Assembly (NCBI GenBank): GCA_965226495.1
Contig: OZ245365.1
Span: forward strand, 2,720,001-2,784,000
DNA length: 64,000 nucleotides
Reading direction: 5' to 3'
Source: Candidatus Marinacidobacterales bacterium
GTDB taxonomy: Bacteria > Acidobacteriota > Vicinamibacteria > Marinacidobacterales > DATDRI01
In this document: positions 1-9,880 of the stretch, one piece after another
How positions within the stretch are numbered: position 1 is the stretch's first letter
Layout: every line of letters starts with the position of its first letter
The notes under the pieces: model-generated
Told to the model about the DNA's origin: nothing
The model's input: the letters and a program-made list of their open reading frames with translations, nothing else
The model's database searches: none
Program-made: the position numbers and the translations under genes

Positions 1-1110
1 TTCTTGGATCGCATGAAGGCCGTACACTTTCAGAGTCATCCATATTCTGAGCGCCCTCATGCGACGGGTCAGCTCGATCGTATGCTCCATCGGATTCGGT
101 AAGGCTCCCCGGCTTTCTGCCTCCGACACTTTCAAGTACTCGGGTACGAGCCTGAAGAACTGTCTCATCTGATCGCCGTCACGAACCAGAAGGCAGCTGG
201 TGTCGATCGGAACGAAGAGCCACTTGTGAGGGTCGAGGGAGAGAGAATCGGCGCGTGCAAGTCCCCTCCGCAGCCACGCCCCCGAAGGCGCTATCGCCGA
301 CAGAGCGCCGTATGCTCCATCCACATGAAGCCACACACGCTCTTCTTCACAAACGTCGGCAATCGTCTCCAAAGGATCGACCGCTCCACTACCAATCGTA
401 CCCGCCGTAGCGATCACCGCCGCCGGTTCTCGGCCCTCCTCTCGATCCCAAGCGACGGCTTCGGCCAAGGCCTCGGGTTTCAGACGATACTCGTGATCGG
501 TCTTGATGGGATGAATGGCGTCTTTTCCCAGACCCAAGAAACGAAGGGCACGATGGACCGAGCTATGGACCTCGGGAGACGCGTAGAAAACAACGTCTTT
601 CCTCACTCCCGCTCTTTCCCGAGCCAACGCAAGAGCCATCAAGTTCGCTACCGAGCCGCCACTTGTTAGAACGCCGTCACCCACCGCCGGGTAACCGATC
701 ATCTCTTTGATCCAGTTGATGACTTGCCGCTCAACCGCGGCTCCCGAAGCTGCGCCGCGCCAAAGACTAACGTTTTGATTTAGCGTCGATGTGAGGGCAT
801 CGGACAGGATCCCCACGATGGTTGACGAGTTGGGCACATAGGCGAAGTTCCCGGGATGCTGGAGATGTGTGCCCAAGCCGACGACCTTTTCTTGAAATCC
901 TCGGAAGACATCCGCGGGAGACTCCCCCAGGTCGGGTACTGGCTCCTCGAACGCGCGGGCAACCTCAGAAGGAGACTCTGGCTGAAAAATCGGGACATCG
1001 GGCGGGTTCTCCAGGTAGTCCAGGATCCAATCGACGGCCTCGTGCGCGAACGCTCTCAGGGTCGCCGAATCGAGCTCCGGCCGAGAGGGAAATTCACTGT
1101 CCCTAGCCAT
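1..1110 (-). CDS. Group II PLP-dependent decarboxylase (aromatic-L-amino-acid/glutamate decarboxylase family), runs off the window edge
   Basis: Not in the ORF track; manual translation from ATG at 1110: MARDSEF...AVDWILDYLE...WLHVDGAYG...SLDPHKWLFVP (PLP-lysine motif)...RRMRALRIWMTLKVYG. Confidence 0.9.
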   Translation of the reverse strand, partial: MARDSEFPSRPELDSATLRAFAHEAVDWILDYLENPPDVPIFQPESPSEVARAFEEPVPDLGESPADVFRGFQEKVVGLGTHLQHPGNFAYVPNSSTIVGILSDALTSTLNQNVSLWRGAASGAAVERQVINWIKEMIGYPAVGDGVLTSGGSVANLMALALARERAGVRKDVVFYASPEVHSSVHRALRFLGLGKDAIHPIKTDHEYRLKPEALAEAVAWDREEGREPAAVIATAGTIGSGAVDPLETIADVCEEERVWLHVDGAYGALSAIAPSGAWLRRGLARADSLSLDPHKWLFVPIDTSCLLVRDGDQMRQFFRLVPEYLKVSEAESRGALPNPMEHTIELTRRMRALRIWMTLKVYGLHAIQE

Positions 1111-1209
1111 TCGTTTCACTCGTGTCGTAGTATGCGGGCTATGCCAGAAACGCCCTCGAGTGAAAGCTTACTCTGGAACGGCCCACGGCGGTAGCTCTCG
1201 TGGTGCCCA

Positions 1210-2241
1210 TTGGAAACTAGTTACTTGGAGAGATACATTCCGCGCCCCGAGATCGAAGCCCGGCTTCTCGCTAACGTCGAGGCCGGCCGAGCCACTATGG
1301 TGCTGGGTCCCCGGGGCTCCGGCAAGACAACGCTGCTTAGGCGCGTACGCTCGCTCATCGGCACAACCCGCCCGACTGCCCTTATTCAGATCGAGCCCAT
1401 CGCAGCATCTCCGGAGATACTCTGCGAGCGGTTCCTCCACATCGCTTGCGAGGCACTATCGTCCGGCTCCTCCCGGTCTTCCCGGTTAGGGCCCTTTAAG
1501 AGATTCGTCTGGTCGTTATCGAAGACCAAGCCGCGAGCGGTCCTGTTGCTCGACGATATCACCGAGCTGCGAACCCTTTCTTACTTCCCCGGAGTGGAGA
1601 AACCATTGGAGAGTGTTCTCGAGGCTTTGAGCAAGAAACAGGCGCCCGACTGTGTGGTGACGAGCCGGTTTCCGGCGTGGGTCGCTTCGTCCTTCAGCGA
1701 TTTGTCCAACACCGCGCGCGCACACTTCGATGTCGTGGAAATTCCTCCATTGAGCACCGACCAGTTGGGAACCTATGCCCTCGAGGGCGACGAACAACTC
1801 GTTGCTGCAACCGGAGGTTTGCCAGTCCACATCGCCCCACTCATTGCGCGGCTGGAAGCGGGAGACGATCTCCCTACCGCGTTGGCCGCCGAAATGGCAG
1901 ACCGCGGCCAGCTGGAGGCCGAGTGCCGTGCCACCTTGGGTCAACTTCTGCATCGGGCCCGCGGATATGGGGCCTGCAAGGCGGTGCTGCACGTGTTGGC
2001 GGAAGAGGAGGGTCTTCGGTTAACCGACGTCGCACGACGGCTCGATCGCACTCCCGGGTCGGCGCGAGACTATCTTCGTTGGCTCGAGGAAGTCGACTTG
2101 ATCACGGCTCGCGACAAACGGTTTTTCTTCGTCGACCCTGTCCTGCGTTTGTGGTTACGCCTCTACGGTCGAGGTGAGTTTCCCTCGCGTGATGTTATCG
2201 AGGCCGAGGTCGAACGACACCTGGGCTTGCAGCCCTCTTGA
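1210..2241 (+). CDS. P-loop (AAA/archaeal-type) ATPase with C-terminal winged HTH
   Basis: Walker A GPRGSGKT, Walker B VLLLDD, C-terminal LTDVARRLDRTPGSARDYLRWLEEVDLI...FFVDPVLRLW. Confidence 0.8.
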   Translation: METSYLERYIPRPEIEARLLANVEAGRATMVLGPRGSGKTTLLRRVRSLIGTTRPTALIQIEPIAASPEILCERFLHIACEALSSGSSRSSRLGPFKRFVWSLSKTKPRAVLLLDDITELRTLSYFPGVEKPLESVLEALSKKQAPDCVVTSRFPAWVASSFSDLSNTARAHFDVVEIPPLSTDQLGTYALEGDEQLVAATGGLPVHIAPLIARLEAGDDLPTALAAEMADRGQLEAECRATLGQLLHRARGYGACKAVLHVLAEEEGLRLTDVARRLDRTPGSARDYLRWLEEVDLITARDKRFFFVDPVLRLWLRLYGRGEFPSRDVIEAEVERHLGLQPS

Positions 2242-3596
2242 TCTCAGCGATGGTTGTCTCGGGCCTCGGCCATCTCGTACCCAGCCGGCTCGCAAGTCCC
2301 CCGATTTACACCGCTGCGGTGTATGGAATCGCCGGCCTCTCCTTCGCCCTCGCCATCAGTGCCTCGGTCAACGGACCCACCGTCGCGGCGAAAGACTCGG
2401 AGCGCAAACTGGAGCTCCCGAGCGGGCCGAGCTCGCCGGGTGGTGCAGCACCGGGCTCACGACGAGTGGCCGCGAGCACGCCCGATGCCGCGCTCCAAAG
2501 CTTTCTCGCCATCGAAGCGTTCGAAGTCCGACTCGAGATTCTCGTTCGCCCGAAAGACGTCGTCGACCTCCTCGGCCTCGGCTCTGACCCGCACATCGCG
2601 GTCGAGAACCAAAGTGTCGTCAAAGAACGCGCCCGCGAGCTCGTGCTCGAGCGCATGGCTTTCCAAATCGACGGGGAGACGCCCGAGCCGATTTCAGAGC
2701 GGATCGATTTCGTGACCTTCGACACGCAGGGAGCCCTTCCCCGCCCCACTCCGGTCCCCGAGCTCGTCGGGGCTGCGTGGATTGGCGTGACGGCGGTGTA
2801 CCTGACGAAGGCGCCCGCCCGCGAGGTGACGCTCACCTGGCAGCGCTTCGACGCGGCGACGGAGATCCCGGCGACCGTGACCGACCCCGAATCTTCGCGC
2901 ACCACGATGCTGACGGCCGACGAGCCGGTTCTTCGATGGGAGAACGAGCTCGCCGAGGATCCCGTCCCGACTGTGGCCGCGATCGCGGTGGAACCGCCCA
3001 CGTTTCCGTTGCCCCTTTGGTCGCTGCTGCCTCTTGCCACGGCACTGTTCTTTTCCGTGGCGGCGCTCCGCGGTCGGCGCCCGGCGTTCTCCTTTGCCTT
3101 CGTACGCGTGATGCTCGCATTGGCTGTCTTTGTGGGCCCGCTCGGCAACGTGGTGATCGCGCTTCCGGCGTCCGTGGGGGCGGCCCCCAACGCCGGTCAG
3201 GCGAAGCGGATCCTGGCCGGTCTTCTCCCGAACATGTATCGCGCCTTCGAGTTTAGGGAGGAATCCGCCGTCTATGACCGGCTTGCCTTGAGCGTCACCG
3301 GCGAGACACTGACCGAGGTCTATCTCGATCACCGACGAGTCCTCGAGATGGAAGAACGTGGTGGCGCGCGAGCCCGGGTCGAGGCCGTCGAAGTAATCGG
3401 AATCGATTCGGTCGAGCCCGAGATTTCCGGTGGCTTCACGTGTGACGCCACCTGGACCGTCGGGGGCACGGTGACTCACTTCGGCCACCGTCATTTCCGT
3501 CAGAACCGCTTCGATGCTCGCGTGCTCGTCGTGCCCGAAGAGAACACCTGGAAGATCCGATCCATCGAAGTTCTCGGTGAGGAACGATTGCGGTGA
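2238..3596 (+). CDS. Hypothetical membrane protein of a type often found beside DUF3604 genes
   Basis: 452-aa ORF, two hydrophobic helices near aa 255-310, C-terminal VYDRLALSV...VTHFGHRHFRQNRF; start uncertain. Confidence 0.65.
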   Translation: MISAMVVSGLGHLVPSRLASPPIYTAAVYGIAGLSFALAISASVNGPTVAAKDSERKLELPSGPSSPGGAAPGSRRVAASTPDAALQSFLAIEAFEVRLEILVRPKDVVDLLGLGSDPHIAVENQSVVKERARELVLERMAFQIDGETPEPISERIDFVTFDTQGALPRPTPVPELVGAAWIGVTAVYLTKAPAREVTLTWQRFDAATEIPATVTDPESSRTTMLTADEPVLRWENELAEDPVPTVAAIAVEPPTFPLPLWSLLPLATALFFSVAALRGRRPAFSFAFVRVMLALAVFVGPLGNVVIALPASVGAAPNAGQAKRILAGLLPNMYRAFEFREESAVYDRLALSVTGETLTEVYLDHRRVLEMEERGGARARVEAVEVIGIDSVEPEISGGFTCDATWTVGGTVTHFGHRHFRQNRFDARVLVVPEENTWKIRSIEVLGEERLR

Positions 3597-3735
3597 CGGC
3601 CTAACCAGGTCGAGGATTTCATTGCCCAGCGCGCAGCATTTCCCCTCGTCGTTGGCCCTTGTAACAAACCGACATCCTCGGCACTTTCGTGCGCAAAACT
3701 GACCGTAGTGACACTCGGCAATTGAGGACGTAAAC

Positions 3736-4779
3736 ATGAGAAGCTCGATTCCTTTGAAAGCTCGGTGCCATCGATTCTTCGGCCTGGGAGTGGCACTCCT
3801 GTTGTCAGTGCCAGCGGCAGCGGAAAGAACCGATGTGCTCATCCTCAAGAACGGGGATCACATAACAGGGGAAATCAAGAAACTCCAGCGGGGAACGTTG
3901 GAGTTCAAGACCGAGCGCATGGGCACGCTCAACGTGGAGTGGCCTGCCGTGGCGCGGCTAACGAGCAGCATTGACTTCGAGGTCGTGCTGGACGACGGTC
4001 GCAAATTCTACGGTACCCTCGCCCCTGATGCCGAGGAAGGCCTTTTGGACGTTGCCGGCGCCGCAATGGAAACTGCGCCTCTTCCCTCGGTCGTTGAAAT
4101 TACGCCCTTCGAGAAGAGTTTTTTGAGTCAGGTGAACGGCTCCCTGAGCGTGGGCTATAGCTTCGCTCAGTCCAATACGACCTCCAGCTGGAACGCCGCG
4201 GCGAACGCCAGGTACCGCACTCGAAACTACCTCACGACCGTCAGTTACTCTTCCCTTCTCAACGCGCAAGAGGGATCGGCTACCACGACTCGCAATAACT
4301 TGGGTCTTACGTTCAGTCGTTTCCTAGGGAGTAGTTGGTTCGCCATGGGACTCGCTCAGTTCCTGCAGAGCAGCGAGCTCGGAGTGGATTTGCGATCGAC
4401 CGCCGGTGGAGCCCTCGGAAACTCCATCATCCGAACGAATCGGGCGGTCTTGGCGCCCTTTGCCGGCATCGGTTACAGCAACAGCATCTTGGTCGGCTCG
4501 ACTCCCTCCCGAAACGAGTTGTTGGCGCTGGCGGGAGTGCAACACTACCTGTTTACATTTGGGCACCACAAAACCGACCTGACCACGAGCTTCTACGTCC
4601 TACCCAGCTTGACGGAGTCCGGTCACTTCAGGCTGGAGTTCCAAAGCGACTATCGCATCAAACTCTTCAGTGATTTCTACTGGAATCTAAACGTCTTCGA
4701 CAGTTTCGACAACGATCCCCCCCCGGGCGGAGCAAGGAACGATTCTGGAGTGACGACCTCTTTGCAGTGGTCGTTTTGA
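3736..4779 (+). CDS. DUF481-like outer-membrane beta-barrel protein
   Basis: Signal peptide, DVLILKNGDHITGEI N-domain, amphipathic beta strands, terminal WSF. Confidence 0.8.
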   Translation: MRSSIPLKARCHRFFGLGVALLLSVPAAAERTDVLILKNGDHITGEIKKLQRGTLEFKTERMGTLNVEWPAVARLTSSIDFEVVLDDGRKFYGTLAPDAEEGLLDVAGAAMETAPLPSVVEITPFEKSFLSQVNGSLSVGYSFAQSNTTSSWNAAANARYRTRNYLTTVSYSSLLNAQEGSATTTRNNLGLTFSRFLGSSWFAMGLAQFLQSSELGVDLRSTAGGALGNSIIRTNRAVLAPFAGIGYSNSILVGSTPSRNELLALAGVQHYLFTFGHHKTDLTTSFYVLPSLTESGHFRLEFQSDYRIKLFSDFYWNLNVFDSFDNDPPPGGARNDSGVTTSLQWSF

Positions 4780-4957
4780 CGGAACGCGGCGTAATCTGGT
4801 ACGCGCGACCGCCCGAGATGATAAAGTAGTGGCCCCGGGCAGCCGATAGACCAATCCGCAGACAATAAGCGGACCCCATTCTCGACAGTCTCAACAGGGA
4901 GCAGAGATGACTATGGCTCAGCAAGTTAGCAATTTGAAGTTTGAAAAGAGTAGTCAC

Positions 4958-5767
4958 ATGAGAACTCGGACGCCTCTACTGGTATTCGCGACCTGCTGCT
5001 GGCTGGCGCTGTGCGGTTCGGCTGCGGCACAGGATCAGCAGGAAGACCTCGCGAAAACGATACAGAACCCGTTGGCGAGTCTCGTCTCCCTTCCGTTTCA
5101 GGCCAACTACAACAACGGAGTCGGGGAACACGACCGCTTGTTCTTCAACCTCAACATACAGCCGGTCGTTCCATTCCCGGGCGAGAAGTGGAACGTCATC
5201 ACCCGCACCATCATCCCGGTCAACAGCGTGCCTCTGGGCGAGACCGATTCGGTCTTCGGCATCGGCGACACCAACTTGAGCGTGTTTTTGTCGCCGGCCA
5301 AATCCAGCTCCCTCACCTGGGGGGTAGGGCCTGCCATCAATATACCGAGCGCTTCGAACCCTGAGGTTTTGGGCGCCGACAAGCTGTCCCTCGGCCCGAC
5401 CGGTGTGGTTTTCTACGGAGTCGGCAAATGGACCATGGGCTTGGTGACCAGCAATGTCTGGTCCGTCGCCGGAAACAGCGACCGGGAAGACGTCAACTTC
5501 TTCTTCGCCCAGTGGTTCCTGAACTTCAACTTCGGGGGGGGCTGGGCCGTGGGCACCGCGCCGATCATCACCGGCAACTGGGAAGCCGATCCCGGCAACA
5601 GGTGGACGATTCCGTGGGGCCTCCAGATCTCCAAGGTGTCACACGTGGGCTCGCGGCCGATCAACGTCCTTATCGGCTACTACAGGAACTCCGAGCACCC
5701 GGAGGGCGGCGCCGATAGCCAGGTCCGATTCCAGATCAGCTTCTTATTCCCTCAGGCAAGTCGATGA
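4958..5767 (+). CDS. Outer-membrane beta-barrel, putative transporter (family often mislabelled neuromedin U)
   Basis: Signal peptide then DLAKTIQNPLASLVSLPFQ, NIQPVVPF, WTIPWG, terminal RFQISFLFP. Confidence 0.75.
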   Translation: MRTRTPLLVFATCCWLALCGSAAAQDQQEDLAKTIQNPLASLVSLPFQANYNNGVGEHDRLFFNLNIQPVVPFPGEKWNVITRTIIPVNSVPLGETDSVFGIGDTNLSVFLSPAKSSSLTWGVGPAINIPSASNPEVLGADKLSLGPTGVVFYGVGKWTMGLVTSNVWSVAGNSDREDVNFFFAQWFLNFNFGGGWAVGTAPIITGNWEADPGNRWTIPWGLQISKVSHVGSRPINVLIGYYRNSEHPEGGADSQVRFQISFLFPQASR

Positions 5768-5808
5768 CGGAGCAATCATCAAGAACGTTTGGCTCGGAAG
5801 GTGAAACC

Positions 5809-7713
5809 ATGAAAAGACCAACTCTCCACCTCACCCTGATAACTGCATTCACGCTACTGGCGATTCCGCAAGCGTTCGCCCAAGACGCCGTGCCGACGAA
5901 GGACGATGTCGCGAGGGCGCACGGGAAACAAGAATTCTCTCCCTATGCGGGCCGCTCCTATCCGACCCGTGTTCTCTTTGGCGACACCCACCTCCACACC
6001 GCGGTCTCGGTGGACGCCGGCACCATGAATACAGTGGGGCAAGAGCAAGCCTACCGTTTCGCCCGCGGCGAGGAAGTCACCTCGACGGGCGGCCTCCGCG
6101 CTAAGCTCTCCCGGCCGCTGGACTGGCTGGTGATTTCGGACCACGCCGAGATGTACGGCCTAATGCCGCAACTGCTAGCCGGGAACCCGGGCATCCTCGC
6201 CACGGAGCAAGGCAACCGTTGGTACGGCGAGCTGACAAGCGGCGACTTTGACAGGATCTTCGCAACGGCCATGGAGATCGTCGCTTCGCTCCAGAAGCCG
6301 GATCCGCCGTTCAAGAGTGACAAACTGGTACGCGATGCCTGGCGGGAATACACCGCGCTCGCCGACCGATACAACGAACCCGGCCGCTTCTCCGCGATCA
6401 TCGGCTTCGAGTACACCACTCGGGGCGGCTTCAACATGCATCGGAATGTGCTCTTCCGAGGCGACGCGTCGGTCGCCAACCAGATGGTTCCGTTCTCGCA
6501 GTTCGACAGTCAGAATCCAGAAGATCTCTGGAAAGCGCTGGCGAAGTTCGAAGATGACACCGGAGCGGATGTCTTGGCTATTCCGCACAACGGCAACCTC
6601 TCCAACGGGCTGATGTTCTCCGTCGAAACCAACGCTGGAGAGCCGCTCACCAAGGAGCTCGCCGCCCTGCGAGCCCGGTTGGAACCGATTATCGAAGCAA
6701 CCCAGATCAAGGGAGACGGCGAAGCACACCCGTTTCTTTCGCCGAATGACGAGTTCGCCGATTACGAGACCTGGGACGCTGCCAACCTGGACGGCACCGA
6801 GGTCAAAAAGAAAGAGATGCTCCAGTACGAGTACGTCCGCTCTGCCCTCAAGACGGGCCTGACTCTCGAGAAGAAACTCGGCGTCAACCCCTTCAAGTTC
6901 GGCATGATCGGCAGCACCGACTCCCACACCTCGCTCGCCGCCGTCGAAGAGGACAATTTTTTCGGGAAGCACTCCGGCGTGGAACCCGAGCCACACCGCT
7001 GGGAGCATGTCGTCATCGCCTCTCCTATGGATCCGAATCTGACGATCTTGGGGTGGCAACAGGCCGCCTCGGGTTACGCGGCGGTCTGGGCGACCGAGAA
7101 CACCCGCGAGGCCATTTTCGACGCGATGGCACGCAAGGAGGTCTACGCCACCACGGGCTCGCGCATGTTGGTGCGATTCTTCGGTGGCTGGGAGTTCGCC
7201 AAGGAAGACGCCCTGTCCCGGATGCCCGCTGGCGTTGGCTATGCCAAAGGCGTCCCCATGGGAGGGGACCTGCGCGCACGCGACGGAAACAAGGCGCCGA
7301 CCTTCCTCGTCGCCGCCATGAAAGACCCTTACAGCGGTAACCTCGACCGGGTCCAGATCATCAAAGGCTGGATGGATGCGGGAGGCAAAACCCACGAGAA
7401 AGTCTACGACGTGGCCTGGAGCGGAGGGCGCAAACCTGGGGTCGACGGCAAGCTCCCGGCCGTCGGCAATACCGTCGACGTCAAAAACGCCACTTGGACC
7501 AACACCATCGGATCACCCGAGCTCATCACGGTCTGGACGGATCCGGATTTCGATCCGAAGCAGTCCGCGTTCTACTACGCCCGCGTGATCGAAATCCCCA
7601 CGCCGCGTTGGACCGCCTATGAAGCTAAACGGTTCGGCATCGAGATGCCCGACAATGTGCCCATGACCACACGGGAACGCGCCTACACGTCGCCCATCTG
7701 GTACACCCCGTGA
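5809..7713 (+). CDS. DUF3604 domain protein (PHP-like exported metallohydrolase)
   Basis: FGDTHLHT, ISDHAE, MHRNV, IPHNGNLSNG, GSTDSH, FYYARVIEIPTPRW, ERAYTSPIWY; signal peptide from ATG 5809. Confidence 0.9.
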   Translation: MKRPTLHLTLITAFTLLAIPQAFAQDAVPTKDDVARAHGKQEFSPYAGRSYPTRVLFGDTHLHTAVSVDAGTMNTVGQEQAYRFARGEEVTSTGGLRAKLSRPLDWLVISDHAEMYGLMPQLLAGNPGILATEQGNRWYGELTSGDFDRIFATAMEIVASLQKPDPPFKSDKLVRDAWREYTALADRYNEPGRFSAIIGFEYTTRGGFNMHRNVLFRGDASVANQMVPFSQFDSQNPEDLWKALAKFEDDTGADVLAIPHNGNLSNGLMFSVETNAGEPLTKELAALRARLEPIIEATQIKGDGEAHPFLSPNDEFADYETWDAANLDGTEVKKKEMLQYEYVRSALKTGLTLEKKLGVNPFKFGMIGSTDSHTSLAAVEEDNFFGKHSGVEPEPHRWEHVVIASPMDPNLTILGWQQAASGYAAVWATENTREAIFDAMARKEVYATTGSRMLVRFFGGWEFAKEDALSRMPAGVGYAKGVPMGGDLRARDGNKAPTFLVAAMKDPYSGNLDRVQIIKGWMDAGGKTHEKVYDVAWSGGRKPGVDGKLPAVGNTVDVKNATWTNTIGSPELITVWTDPDFDPKQSAFYYARVIEIPTPRWTAYEAKRFGIEMPDNVPMTTRERAYTSPIWYTP

Positions 7714-7774
7714 ATCGAGCCCGCTATCGCGACTCAGAGTTACGGCAGAGTTGCTGCGGGCCCCGCGCTCACGA

Positions 7775-9112
7775 TCACTTCGCTTGAGCGATAAAGCTCT
7801 CGAAACGTGTCGCCGTCGCCTGTCGCTCGGCGTCCGGCCGCACCACCTCCGGAAGCTGCACACCCACGCGGGGGCGACCGGCGAGCCGCTGTTCGAGGTA
7901 CCGGCCGAGCAGTGCCAGTGCCTTCTCGTTGTCGGACAACGGTGACTGGTCGGCGGCGCCGGCGCGAAAGCGCGGAACTCTCAGCGAAGAGAGCAATTTC
8001 CCGTCGGGCCGTGCGGTCCGGCGAAGCAGCGGTCCGATGCTGTTCGCGGATGCCGTCCGCGTGCCCAGCGAACCGAGATCCCACTTGTCGATCAAGTACT
8101 TGAGCAGACTGGTGTGATCGAAGATCTGATGTGACTTTTTAGCCGGCGCGTAGGGCGAAACGAGAATTGCGGGCACCCGCACTCCGAGCCGCGAGAAGTC
8201 GTACTCTTCCCGATGATCGTCCGGGGCAACGGCGGCTGGCGGAGAGAACTCATCGTAGAAGCCGCCGTGCTCGTCGAAGGTGACGACGAGCAGGGTGGAG
8301 GCGAAGAGCTCTTCGTTCCGACGCAATGCGTTGTAGACGTTCGCGATGAGAGCCTCGCCCGCCCGCACGTCATGATCCGGATGGTCGTCGTTCGCGCTCT
8401 TGCCGATGTAGCGGGGTTCGATGAGGCTGAAGGTCGGGAAGCTGCTCGCCGCTCCCGCCGCGTCCGTTTCGAATCGAGTCAGCGGATGGTATCGGCGAAG
8501 GTTAGACCATCGCCACTGGTGGGTGAACAGCAGGGAGAGGGGCGCGTCGCCGAAGTACACCTTCCAGTCAATTTTCGATTCGTTGAGACGATCGAACAGC
8601 GTCTTTTGGTTGTACCAGTGTAGGTTCAGATCGAAGTTGCCCTCCGGCATCTTGACCCGGCCTTTGGACGTCCCGCTCAAAGCGAAGAGCCGGTTGGGCC
8701 ACGTTGGCCCGGGAACTGAAGAGAACCAGCGATCGCAAACGGTGAAGCTCCTGGCCAACGAGTGCAGCGACGTCAAGAACCCAGAGGGATAGTAGCCCAT
8801 GATGTCCTGCCGCCGGGCCGCGCTCGTCTTCGGATAGTTGATGGAGTAGTCACAGACGAAATTCTTGTTGCGGTCCGCGATCTGGAAAAGGACGTGGCGA
8901 AGCTCATGCTTGGGATCCGGCTTGACGCACACCACTTTCGTACTCCGCTGACAGTAGGTGACTCCGTTGACGTCCTTGTTGCACTGACTGGGCGGTGGCG
9001 AAGTGAGCGCACCGAGCATGCGATCATAGGAGCAGTTCTCGAGCATGAGAAGGACGACGTGCCGGATAGGATCGGCGGGATCGAGGGGTTTGGAGCCGCG
9101 GGATTTGGCCAC
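7775..9112 (-). CDS. Phosphoesterase / phospholipase C family protein
   Basis: IRHVVLLMLENCSYDRMLG, DRWFSSVPGPTWPNR, NDDHP, TFDEHGGFYD, LGVRVP, FDHTS. Confidence 0.9.
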   Translation of the reverse strand: MAKSRGSKPLDPADPIRHVVLLMLENCSYDRMLGALTSPPPSQCNKDVNGVTYCQRSTKVVCVKPDPKHELRHVLFQIADRNKNFVCDYSINYPKTSAARRQDIMGYYPSGFLTSLHSLARSFTVCDRWFSSVPGPTWPNRLFALSGTSKGRVKMPEGNFDLNLHWYNQKTLFDRLNESKIDWKVYFGDAPLSLLFTHQWRWSNLRRYHPLTRFETDAAGAASSFPTFSLIEPRYIGKSANDDHPDHDVRAGEALIANVYNALRRNEELFASTLLVVTFDEHGGFYDEFSPPAAVAPDDHREEYDFSRLGVRVPAILVSPYAPAKKSHQIFDHTSLLKYLIDKWDLGSLGTRTASANSIGPLLRRTARPDGKLLSSLRVPRFRAGAADQSPLSDNEKALALLGRYLEQRLAGRPRVGVQLPEVVRPDAERQATATRFESFIAQAK

Positions 9113-9335
9113 CCGAGGCTTTTATCAGAACGCAGGCTCGAAATCGAGAAGAATTTGGCCGAAGTGTAGCAGCCCGGTGCTAGGTTGAAACCGCTCGCGG
9201 ATTCTTGGCAGGATGCCGCTCGTAGTGCGCGCGCCGTTGCCCCAACCGCTGGAGATGTCGCTGCGCAAACACGGCGCGTCGATCTCGTCCGGGGCTCGTC
9301 CGGCTCTCGTTCCGGCGAGAAAAGGAGTGGAGCTG

Positions 9336-9867
9336 ATGACTTTTTTCGGAATCATAGTCCTCATTCTAGGTCTCTTGGCGATCGCCGCCCCCTTGGCCGC
9401 GGGTACCGCCGTTTCGACCATGGTCGCTATCCTCCTGGTAGCGGCCGGTGTGGTTCGCATGCTCTGGGCCTTCAAGGCAGGTTCTTTCGGTAAAGGCGCC
9501 CTCGCCCTCTTGCTCGGTGGATTAACGCTCGGCGTCGGAATCGTGCTCTTGGCACGACCGCTCGTGATTCTTGCCAGCCTGGCACTCATCCTAGCCGTTT
9601 ACTTCCTCCTCGACGGTATCTCTGAGATCGTGTGTGCATTCAGGGTCAAGCCCGCCAAAGGATGGGGCTTCATGGTCTTCGGCGGCGCCCTGTCGATACT
9701 CCTTGTCGGCCCTCATCTGGTCGCAGTGGCCGCTATCGGGAGCTTGGGCCGTCGGTGTTCTGGTCGGGGTACGACTGGTTTTTGCCGGGACGGCGATGAT
9801 CGCCCTAGGTTCCGCGATTGGAACGGTTCGGGATGCGGTCGCGGCGGAAGCGGGTCGGGCCAACTAG
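9336..9867 (+). pseudogene. HdeD/DUF308 family membrane protein with a +1 frameshift near 9701
   Basis: 5' frame ...WGFMVFGGALSIL continues after one extra C as LSALIWSQWPLSGAWAVGVLVGVRLVFAG...; may be a sequencing error. Confidence 0.75.
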
Positions 9868-9880
9868 CGCCCTCCTCCTC

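Noticed and set aside
226-1194. Plus-strand ORFs at the window start
   Set aside because: Antisense shadows of the minus-strand PLP decarboxylase that the ORF track missed because it runs off the edge.
2306-7395. Long antisense ORFs (2306-3190, 2694-3848, 6175-7395) and similar ones throughout
   Set aside because: Typical shadow ORFs of GC-rich coding DNA, opposite better-supported genes and without motifs.
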